Source: a virus
Taxonomy: Duplodnaviria; Heunggongvirae; Uroviricota; Caudoviricetes
IMG/VR virus record: IMGVR_UViG_2908567220_000007
Strand: one strand, 5' to 3'
Length of the DNA: 14,602 nucleotides
Below are positions 6,597 to 13,360 of the stretch, piece after piece. Numbering within the stretch: position 1 is the first letter of the stretch; the number at the start of each line of letters is the position of its first letter. The notes under the pieces are model-generated. The model was not told where the DNA came from and did no database searches. It was given only the letters and a program-made list of their open reading frames with translations. The position numbers were made by a program, and so were the translations under genes.

Positions 6597-7247
6597 ATGA
6601 ATGCACGAAAAGCGGTACTGGCAGACAATCCGGAATTGATCCTGCGTGTGCTACAGCTGAGATTTGACGAGTCACTGTCGTACCCGCGCATTTCTGCGCA
6701 GACCGGTGTCAGCAAAACCGCCATTTTTTCTCTGGTGAGGCGATTTCACCAGGTATTCACTGACTGGCCTCTTTCCGGTGAATATTCCTGCGGGCAACTG
6801 GCCCGGGCTCTTTTCCCGGGGCGATACCCTTCAGCCCCGACCGTGACTCAGCCTGTGAAAGCAGAGAAACCCCGCCGGAACCGATTTTCACCGGAGTTTA
6901 AATGGAGACTGGTTCAGCAAACTCTTTTACCCGGTGCCTGTGTCGCACAAATAGCTCGAGAGAATGGAATTAACGATAACCTGCTCTTTAACTGGCGGCA
7001 TCTCTGGCGTAACGGTGGCCTGCAACCGCCCGGCGAACATGAAACATCGCTACTTCCCGTGACGTTAACTCCGGAGCCGGATAATAAAATCCCGGCACCA
7101 GTGCAGATACCTGAACAGATAAATACACTGCCAGACAGTCTGTGCTGCGAGCTGGTTCTGCCGGCCGGAACTCTCAGGCTGAAAGGTGAACTGACACCGG
7201 CGTTATTACAGACACTTATCCGCGAAATGAAAGGGAGCAGCCACTGA
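6597..7247 (+). CDS. tnpA: IS66-family accessory protein (orf1)
   Basis: 216-aa ORF, first in the IS; AAGGGA Shine-Dalgarno; ATGA overlap with the next ORF, as is typical for IS66 elements. Confidence 0.75.
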   Translation: MNARKAVLADNPELILRVLQLRFDESLSYPRISAQTGVSKTAIFSLVRRFHQVFTDWPLSGEYSCGQLARALFPGRYPSAPTVTQPVKAEKPRRNRFSPEFKWRLVQQTLLPGACVAQIARENGINDNLLFNWRHLWRNGGLQPPGEHETSLLPVTLTPEPDNKIPAPVQIPEQINTLPDSLCCELVLPAGTLRLKGELTPALLQTLIREMKGSSH

Positions 7248-7594
7248 TGATATCTCTCCCTGCCGGTTCGCGTATCTGGCTGGTTGCCGGTATCACCGAT
7301 ATGCGAAATGGCTTTAACGGCCTGGCCTCAAAAGTTCAGAACGTCCTGAAGGATGACCCGTTCTCCGGGCATCTGTTCATCTTCCGCGGACGCCGGGGTG
7401 ACCAGATAAAAGTGCTGTGGGCTGACAGTGACGGACTGTGCCTCTTCACCAAACGCCTGGAGCGGGGCCGCTTCGTCTGGCCGGTCACCCGCGATGGAAA
7501 GGTTCACCTTACTCCGGCTCAGTTGTCCATGCTTCTCGAAGGCATCGACTGGAAGCACCCGAAACGAACGGAACGCGCTGGCATCCGCATATAA
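7247..7594 (+). CDS. tnpB: IS66-family protein TnpB (orf2)
   Basis: 115-aa ORF MISLPAGSRIWLVAGITDMRNGFNGLASKVQ...LFIFRGRRGDQIKVLWAD, characteristic of IS66 orf2. Confidence 0.85.
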   Translation: MISLPAGSRIWLVAGITDMRNGFNGLASKVQNVLKDDPFSGHLFIFRGRRGDQIKVLWADSDGLCLFTKRLERGRFVWPVTRDGKVHLTPAQLSMLLEGIDWKHPKRTERAGIRI

Positions 7595-7613
7595 CCCGTT
7601 GTAAAGTGAGGAT

Positions 7614-9185
7614 ATGGACACCTCACTTGCTCATGAGAATGCCCGCCTGCGGGCACTGTTGCAGACGCAACAGGACACCATCCGCCAGATGGCGAAATAC
7701 AACCGCCTGCTCTCACAGCGGGTGGCGGCTTATGCTTCCGAAATCAACCGGCTGAAGGCGCTGGTTGCGAAACTGCAGCGCATGCAGTTCGGTAAAAGCT
7801 CAGAAAAACTTCGCGCTAAAACCGAACGGCAGATACAGGAAGCCCAGGAGCGAATCAGCGCACTTCAGGAAGAAATGGCGGAAACGCTGGATGAGCAATA
7901 TGACCCGGTACTGCCATCCGCCCTGCGCCAGTCTTCAGCCCGTAAGCCGTTACCGGCCTCACTTCCCCGTGAAACCCGGGTCATCCGGCCGGAAGAGGAA
8001 TGCTGCCCGGCCTGTGGTGGTGACCTCAGTCCTCTGGGGTGTGATGTGTCAGAGCAACTGGAGCTTATCAGCAGCGCTTTTAAGGTTATCGAAACACAAC
8101 GTCCGAAACTGGCCTGTTGCCGGTGCGACCATATCGTGCAGGCACCAGTACCTTCAAAACCCATTGCACGCAGTTATGCCGGAGCGGGGCTTCTGGCTCA
8201 TATCGTCACCGGGAAGTATGCAGACCATCTGCCGTTATACCGCCAGTCAGAAATATACCTTCGTCAGGGCGTGGAACTGAGCCGCGCCACGCTGGGGCGC
8301 TGGACCGGTGCCGTTGCTGAACTGCTGGAGCCGCTGTATGACGTGCTGCGCCAGTATGTGCTGATGCCCGGTAAAGTCCATGCGGATGATATCCCCGTTC
8401 CGGTCCAGGAGCCGGGCAGTGGTAAAACAAGAACTGCCCGGCTGTGGGTCTATGTCCGTGATGACCGTAACGCCGGTTCACAGATGCCCCCGGCGGTCTG
8501 GTTCGCGTACAGCCCGGACCGGAAAGGTATCCATCCACAGAATCACCTGGCCGGTTACAGCGGTGTGCTTCAGGCAGATGCTTACGGTGGTTACCGGGCG
8601 TTATACGAATCCGGCAGAATAACGGAAGCCGCGTGTATGGCCCATGCCCGGAGAAAAATCCACGATGTGCATGCAAGAGTGCCAACCGACATCACCACGG
8701 AAGCCCTGCAGCGTATCGGTGAACTGTATGTCATCGAGGCAGAAGTCCGGGGATGTTCAGCAGAACAGCGTCTGGCAGCAAGAAAAGCCAGAGCGGCTCC
8801 ACTGATGCAGTCACTGTATGACTGGATACAGGAACAGATGAAAACACTGTCGCGTCACTCGGATACGGCAAAAGCGTTCGCATACCTGCTGAAACAGTGG
8901 GAGGCCCTGAACGTGTACTGCAGTAATGGCTGGGTGGAAATCGACAACAACATCGCAGAGAACGCCTTACGGGGAGTGGCCGTAGGCCGGAAAAACTGGC
9001 TCTTCGCGGGTTCCGACAGCGGTGGCGAACATGCGGCGGTGTTGTACTCGCTGATCGGCACATGCCGTCTGAACAATGTGGAACCAGAAAAATGGCTGCG
9101 TTACGTCATTGAGCATATCCAGGATTGGCCGGCAAACCGGGTACGCGATCTGTTGCCCTGGAAAGTTGATCTGACCTCTCAGTAA
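7614..9185 (+). CDS. tnpC: IS66-family transposase (orf3)
   Basis: 523-aa ORF with N-terminal coiled-coil/leucine-zipper-like region, CCPACGG...CCRC zinc-finger-like motif and a long catalytic core, as in IS66 transposases; GAGG Shine-Dalgarno. Confidence 0.9.
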   Translation: MDTSLAHENARLRALLQTQQDTIRQMAKYNRLLSQRVAAYASEINRLKALVAKLQRMQFGKSSEKLRAKTERQIQEAQERISALQEEMAETLDEQYDPVLPSALRQSSARKPLPASLPRETRVIRPEEECCPACGGDLSPLGCDVSEQLELISSAFKVIETQRPKLACCRCDHIVQAPVPSKPIARSYAGAGLLAHIVTGKYADHLPLYRQSEIYLRQGVELSRATLGRWTGAVAELLEPLYDVLRQYVLMPGKVHADDIPVPVQEPGSGKTRTARLWVYVRDDRNAGSQMPPAVWFAYSPDRKGIHPQNHLAGYSGVLQADAYGGYRALYESGRITEAACMAHARRKIHDVHARVPTDITTEALQRIGELYVIEAEVRGCSAEQRLAARKARAAPLMQSLYDWIQEQMKTLSRHSDTAKAFAYLLKQWEALNVYCSNGWVEIDNNIAENALRGVAVGRKNWLFAGSDSGGEHAAVLYSLIGTCRLNNVEPEKWLRYVIEHIQDWPANRVRDLLPWKVDLTSQ

Positions 9186-9215
9186 ATATCAATACGGTTC
9201 TGGCGAGCCGCTTAC

Positions 9216-9243
9216 CGCTATCCCCACTTTTATCCCCCACTTT
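9216..9243. repeat. iteron-like repeat array, right part (separated from the left part by the IS66 insertion)
   Basis: cgctatccccacttttatcccccactttt carries two further CCCCACT copies immediately after the right target duplication and just 3' of the helicase stop at 9244. Confidence 0.5.
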
Positions 9244-10650
9244 TTACAGTGGATGCACGTCATTGCCGTCGATAGTGATCACGCCGTCTTTTTCCAGCTT
9301 GTACAGCCAGCGCCGGAAGTGCTTCATCTCATACCCCAGCTTTTTCATATCGTCACGTAGCAGGGCGATAGTGCACGGCTCTTTGTGTGCTGTCCGTGTT
9401 CTTATGCACTGCCATAATGCGGCGTGATTCTCCGTCTTGTTCCCGGCCTCCTCGATGCGTTCCAGTTCAGCAGGGGCGCGGGGAACGTCAATCACCACCA
9501 TGGACACAATCTCTTCGCCATCTGTATCGGTGAACACCTCCACGCTTTTAAGGTCGTATGCGCTCTCTTTTGGCTCCTCTGCGTCCTTCATCTTCGTACA
9601 TGCCGCCACCAGTGCTGTAACGTCTGAATTTTCCCGGCCGATTCGGTACTCTGCATCAAGCGCGGCACGGAATGCGCTGGAACCACGCGCCCCCTTTGTT
9701 TCATCCTTGCCGGAATGGTGAACCACCAGCACCGTGGCCCCTGTAGCCTGCTTTATCGCGTCACACCCCTGGATAAATGCGCCCATATCACGGGAATCAT
9801 TTTCATCATTCCCACCAAAGCAACGGGCCAGCGTGTCGATCACAATCAGCCGCACATTTTCGCCCGTTCTGCTCTTAACAAGTCCGGCAGTCCTGATAAC
9901 CTGCTCCACATAGTCAGGCGATGCGGGAAAGACAGGCGCGTTAACGATGCACAAATCTGTAACCTCTTTTCCGTATGTTATCTCCCACGCCTTAACGCGG
10001 CGTTTTACGCCCATACTGCCTTCGCCAGCGATATAGATAACCGCGCCCTTACTTACCCTGCGGCCTCCCCATGCCATACCTGTGGCAACATGGCACGACC
10101 AGGAAATAGCCAGGAACGATTTATAAGAACCGCTGGCCCCGTAGGTGCTGCATAATGACTCAGCCGGAATAAGCCCCTTAATTACGTAGCTTTGCTGCGC
10201 GTCGAATCCCTCAGAACCCCATGAGATGGGAAGTGTGATTTTTCGCTTTCCACCATTCATGACCAGACTTTCCCCGCGTTCCCAGGTTTCTTTAAGCCGC
10301 GGTAGTTGCTCGCTCCAGTCCTCCAGCAGTTCGAAATTCTCTGAAAGTAACCGTGCTTCCTGGACACCTGCGATCGCCAGTTTGGTGGCAATGGTCAGCA
10401 TCTGCATATCGTCCAGGTTTCCGGCGCGTATGACCTTTGCTCTGTATCGTCCTTCATCAACAATCTGTAAATTGTCCAGTTCGCTTAACTGATAACGGCC
10501 CAGGTAAACCGGAGGGATGGGATCGCCTGCTTTTTTGGCCTGTGCAATCATGTAATGTTCTGCAAAGGAGTGAGCATTATCACCCGCAAAAATAACCGCC
10601 TCAGTGTGTTTATCTTTCGGTAACAGTTTTACGTTCGGTGCCAGTTTCAT
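9244..10650 (-). CDS. RepA-like P-loop replicative helicase (RecA-fold ATPase)
   Basis: 468 aa; P-loop-like GASGSYKS, Walker B-like RLIVIDTL, and VLVVHHSGK motif reminiscent of RSF1010 RepA-type helicases; C-terminal winged-helix-like tail; AGAGGT Shine-Dalgarno; followed directly by the iteron array. Confidence 0.75.
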   Translation of the reverse strand: MKLAPNVKLLPKDKHTEAVIFAGDNAHSFAEHYMIAQAKKAGDPIPPVYLGRYQLSELDNLQIVDEGRYRAKVIRAGNLDDMQMLTIATKLAIAGVQEARLLSENFELLEDWSEQLPRLKETWERGESLVMNGGKRKITLPISWGSEGFDAQQSYVIKGLIPAESLCSTYGASGSYKSFLAISWSCHVATGMAWGGRRVSKGAVIYIAGEGSMGVKRRVKAWEITYGKEVTDLCIVNAPVFPASPDYVEQVIRTAGLVKSRTGENVRLIVIDTLARCFGGNDENDSRDMGAFIQGCDAIKQATGATVLVVHHSGKDETKGARGSSAFRAALDAEYRIGRENSDVTALVAACTKMKDAEEPKESAYDLKSVEVFTDTDGEEIVSMVVIDVPRAPAELERIEEAGNKTENHAALWQCIRTRTAHKEPCTIALLRDDMKKLGYEMKHFRRWLYKLEKDGVITIDGNDVHPL

Positions 10651-10946
10651 TTTTTACCTCTGGATGCGCTGAGCATGCTTTTTATTTTCTTAATATTTTC
10701 CCGTGCTTTTTCCCTGCTGGTGGGCTTACTGCGTGTTGCGTTCTGTACCAGAGAAAAATCACGCCGGAACTGATAAACAGGCATCACGCAGTCATAGCCG
10801 TACCCATCACGGCGGTAAGTAACGCACCGTCCCGCCACGCTTTTAATCGTTACCGTGCCGCCGTAGTTATCCCGGAAAATATCGCCGGGGTGGATTTCAG
10901 GCCGAGCGGGGCCGCTGGCAGTAAAGCCAGAATTTTTCTGTTTCAT
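10647..10946 (-). CDS. hypothetical protein
   Basis: 99-aa ORF whose stop overlaps the helicase start by 4 nt (translational coupling); no family recognised. Confidence 0.5.
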   Translation of the reverse strand: MKQKNSGFTASGPARPEIHPGDIFRDNYGGTVTIKSVAGRCVTYRRDGYGYDCVMPVYQFRRDFSLVQNATRSKPTSREKARENIKKIKSMLSASRGKK

Positions 10947-10951
10947 GGTTT

Positions 10952-11185
10952 TTATTTCCCGGTGTGTTGTTCTTTATATCTGTCGTGCAAAAGATCTATT
11001 TCTTGTAGTTCCATTATTACCGGCTCAAGAAGCGTTATTAACGCCGTCGCAATATTGCTGTTGCGTTTATCTCTTTCATTATCGCCAAGCGTTCCAAGCC
11101 ATAAGCGCAATATTTCAAGCATGTTTTCACTGTAAGCAAGAGCACGGTATGCACGGTCTACTGTGTCATTGTAAATATCACACAT
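10952..11185 (-). CDS. hypothetical protein
   Basis: 77-aa ORF with GAGGA Shine-Dalgarno 8 nt upstream; 8-nt overlap with the upstream ORF. Confidence 0.5.
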   Translation of the reverse strand: MCDIYNDTVDRAYRALAYSENMLEILRLWLGTLGDNERDKRNSNIATALITLLEPVIMELQEIDLLHDRYKEQHTGK

Positions 11186-11411
11186 GGCTTACATCCTCAG
11201 GGAATTTTCTTCTGTAACGCGCCTCTGCCACATATTCAGCATAGTCCGACGCAATAACGAGAATATCGCTGCCTGTTCCTGAATGCTCAGTGGTTCCAAT
11301 TAAAAAACATGCGGCCTTTATCAGGTCATTAACAACCAGCAACGCATCACCCGCATCATCCGATACGCCATCAAATTCCTGTTTCAGGGCATTAAAACGA
11401 TCATCACGCAT
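11178..11411 (-). CDS. hypothetical protein (possibly the C-terminal part of a frameshifted gene)
   Basis: 77-aa ORF whose ATG lies 2 nt after a 9-nt poly-G tract (plus-strand poly-C 11414..11422); one extra G would fuse it in frame to the 11384..11644 ORF. Confidence 0.45.
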   Translation of the reverse strand: MRDDRFNALKQEFDGVSDDAGDALLVVNDLIKAACFLIGTTEHSGTGSDILVIASDYAEYVAEARYRRKFPEDVSHV

Positions 11412-11644
11412 AACCCCCCCCCATTTTCACAATCAGCAATCAGGATAGCCCTGGCCTCATTCAGTGCCATATCAGCGGTAAGCTGTGCGTAGGCCAGCGA
11501 ATGCGGGATTATTGCCCCTGTATATTCCGGCTCTCTGGTAATGTGTTTTTCCGCGGTTGCTGCCGTGCATGAAATATCAATCAGCGCATCAATCAGTGTT
11601 TTGATTGCTTCGGCGACTGCGTCCGGACGGGTGTTATTGCACAT
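11384..11644 (-). CDS. hypothetical protein (possibly the N-terminal part of a frameshifted gene)
   Basis: 86-aa ORF with GGGGG Shine-Dalgarno; reads through the poly-G tract as GGG and stops 9 codons later. Confidence 0.45.
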   Translation of the reverse strand: MCNNTRPDAVAEAIKTLIDALIDISCTAATAEKHITREPEYTGAIIPHSLAYAQLTADMALNEARAILIADCENGGGLCVMIVLMP

Positions 11645-11840
11645 GATGCACCCCCTGACGAATACGGGCGGCGAATACCATCACGCAGCCAGCCGGGGAT
11701 TGCTGGCGTGCTTCCTGTTCGCTGGTGGCCTCAATGGTAATCACGCGCGGTTGTGCCGTGCTCAGGGCGATAAAACGCCAGATGTATTTATTCAGGTTGT
11801 GCGAGTCCCGCCCTTGCGGGTGTCTGGTATAATTTCTCAT
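11634..11840 (-). CDS. hypothetical small protein, first gene of the leftward operon
   Basis: 68-aa ORF from the ATG at 11838..11840 with GAGGTA Shine-Dalgarno; it is the 3' portion of the 328-aa track ORF, the rest of which looks like antisense read-through. Confidence 0.4.
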   Translation of the reverse strand: MRNYTRHPQGRDSHNLNKYIWRFIALSTAQPRVITIEATSEQEARQQSPAGCVMVFAARIRQGVHHVQ

Positions 11841-11879
11841 AGCTACCTCGATACTCTTTCTATCGTTGGTGGTTAGACG

Positions 11880-12036
11880 CCCTGCATGTGTGCCACCACT
11901 GCGGGGCGTTGCTGTATATACACCACAATTATTGGTGTGCATACAGATTAAATTTAAGTGTGCTACAGTGTCAAGTGTTTTATTAACACACCTTTTGGTG
12001 TAATGTGTACACACCTCAAAATAACCGGACATCCTA
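11880..12036. promoter_or_regulatory. divergent promoter/operator region with clustered ACACC/GGTGT inverted repeats
   Basis: TATATACACCA-7-TGGTGTGCATA at 11915..11943; ACACC-TTTT-GGTGT at 11988..12001; GGTGT-9-ACACC with palindrome GTGTACAC at 12005..12012; three AGTGT direct repeats at 11958..11978. Confidence 0.45.
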
Positions 12037-12342
12037 ATGGCAACAGGAAACATCAACAGCAGATCGCAAATGAAAAATATCCGCTTCCCCCATGATGTAA
12101 TCGAGGAAATGGAAAATTCGAAAACGGAAGGGGAAACAATAGCCGCTTTCGTGATTACAGCTGTTCGCGGGGAGATCGCCCGCCGCCAAGCTGAAGGAAG
12201 CGGAGAAAATCCCCTGGTTTCTTCGCTCGATGCACTGGCGCAGGTGGAAAAAATTGGAGTCAAAGCTGCCGAGGAGATCGGGCAACTAGTCGCCGTCGCG
12301 CGTGAAGAACTCCAGCGCCGCAAGGCCAAAGAGCAGGAATAG
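12037..12342 (+). CDS. putative small DNA-binding regulator (possible ribbon-helix-helix; coiled-coil C-terminus)
   Basis: 101-aa ORF divergent from the leftward operon; KNIRFPHDVIEEMEN looks like a strand-helix ribbon-helix-helix start; weak Shine-Dalgarno, and an alternative start at the Met at 12070. Confidence 0.45.
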   Translation: MATGNINSRSQMKNIRFPHDVIEEMENSKTEGETIAAFVITAVRGEIARRQAEGSGENPLVSSLDALAQVEKIGVKAAEEIGQLVAVAREELQRRKAKEQE

Positions 12343-12445
12343 CCCACCAGCAAGCCAGCACACTGATCACATTGCCAACCGGATGTAATCACGGCATAGT
12401 AATCAGCGCTCATGCGTTGGGGATAACGCGCAATTAGTGTTGAAG

Positions 12446-12474
12446 GGCCACCGTAGCGGGTGGCCTTTGTTTTG
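12446..12474 (+). terminator. putative rho-independent terminator
   Basis: GGCCACC-gtagcg-GGTGGCC hairpin followed by TTTGTTTTG, about 100 nt after the 12342 stop. Confidence 0.5.
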
Positions 12475-12624
12475 CCTGTTATCCGGCAATTGTGGCGCTT
12501 CGCCACACGGTTGATATAATTCCCCTGCACTGATCCATTTTTTTCGCAGCAGGTTAATTGTTCGCAAGGGCGCTCCGGCAACGGGGCGCTTTTTGTTATG
12601 TTCATCGCGTTACGCCTCACACCA

Positions 12625-12831
12625 TTACGCAGCCGTTCCGCGCGCTTCTTCCTCGCGCTCTTTCAGCCAGGCCAGCACTTCATCTTCATACCAGCCAACA
12701 CGGCGCAGACCGATTTTGAAGCCTTTCGGGAATTTTCCGGCGTTGATCATGTCCTGTAGCGAACTGTCTGCCTTGATGCGCAGAATATTTTTTACTTCCT
12801 GACGGGTAAGTATTTTTCTGATTGTTTCCAC
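12625..12831 (-). CDS. alpA: AlpA-family phage transcriptional regulator (Vis/excisionase-like HTH)
   Basis: 68 aa; LTRQEVKNILRIKADSSLQDMINAGKFPKGFKIGLRRVGWYEDEVLAWL matches the AlpA pattern (KFP...G.R.VGW...E...W). Confidence 0.85.
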   Translation of the reverse strand: METIRKILTRQEVKNILRIKADSSLQDMINAGKFPKGFKIGLRRVGWYEDEVLAWLKEREEEARGTAA

Positions 12832-12899
12832 TATGTTTTACCTCGTTAATCCGGCGTATTCCGGTGATAAATACGGTAAAACAGGGCAGGGCGGGAAAA

Positions 12900-12935
12900 A
12901 CAGTACCCACCGTTTTAAAACGGTACCCACTGTTT
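12900..12935. promoter_or_regulatory. perfect 16-bp palindrome ACCGTTTTAAAACGGT flanked by direct repeats GTACCCAC, upstream of alpA
   Basis: Palindrome at 12909..12924; GTACCCAC at 12903..12910 and 12923..12930, 20 bp apart. Confidence 0.4.
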
Positions 12936-12963
12936 TTTATCTCATTGATTACGCTTTTCTTTC

Positions 12964-12997
12964 TGCAAAAAAATAGCGACCGCAAGGGGCCGCTATT
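12964..12997 (-). terminator. putative rho-independent terminator after the int-proximal small ORF
   Basis: Minus-strand hairpin AATAGCGGCC-ccttgc-GGTCGCTATT followed by a T-run (plus-strand A-run 12967..12973). Confidence 0.5.
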
Positions 12998-13001
12998 GTG
13001 A

Positions 13002-13244
13002 TTACCGTTTCCACTTCTTAGGTCGCCCACCGCATTTAAGGCTGGTGGGCCTCAGCACCTTGTCGATGCTTTCAGCCAGATTTTTCGATGCGCCACGCGA
13101 GCGTAAAAAACTGACTACCTCGTGTTTTGTGGGGGCTGTTGATTTGTCTTCCGGATCGTATGTTGACCAGAATTCACGATTTGCCATTAACGCCAGTTGC
13201 AGCCCTTCGCCGCAAGCAGGGGATACCTTTTCATTGAAAAACAC
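13002..13244 (-). CDS. hypothetical protein
   Basis: 80-aa ORF starting at GTG with AAGGAG 8 nt upstream; between int and alpA; followed by a terminator. An internal ATG (MANREFW...) is an alternative start. Confidence 0.5.
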   Translation of the reverse strand: MFFNEKVSPACGEGLQLALMANREFWSTYDPEDKSTAPTKHEVVSFLRSRGASKNLAESIDKVLRPTSLKCGGRPKKWKR

Positions 13245-13360
13245 CTGGATAGCTCCTTGAATTTCATGATTTGGGTGACTCCTCTCTGTATTGGGTGGGT
13301 TGTGGCGATTATACGATGGTTTAGCATGGTTTGCATTGCTTTTACTGGTTTTTTGTACAG

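Larger units (their letters stand above)
6512..9215 (+). mobile_element. IS66-family insertion sequence, complete (about 2.7 kb)
   Basis: Three ORFs in the IS66 arrangement; imperfect terminal inverted repeats starting GTAA (left GTAACCGTCTC..., right reverse complement GTAAGCGGCTCGCCAGAACCG, about 17/25 matches); 8-bp direct target duplication CGCTATCC at 6504..6511 and 9216..9223. Confidence 0.85.

Noticed and set aside
7328-8685. Minus-strand and alternative-frame ORFs inside the IS66 element (7328..7621, 7519..7716, 7865..8164, 8206..8685, 7765..8280)
   Set aside because: They overlap the IS66 tnpB/tnpC reading frames, which have the expected order, size and motifs; these are frame artefacts of GC-rich sequence.
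12510-12600. Candidate second terminator hairpin (gggcgctccggcaacggggcgc followed by ttttt)
   Set aside because: The two arms are not complementary (GGGCGC versus GGGGCGC, same sense), so no stable stem forms.
11634-12620. 328-aa minus-strand ORF spanning the regulatory region and lying antisense to the 12037..12342 gene
   Set aside because: Low-complexity Ser/Cys/Thr/Ala-rich translation, runs through an operator-rich intergenic region and opposite a better-supported gene. Only its 3' 68 codons (11634..11840), which have their own Shine-Dalgarno, look like a real gene.
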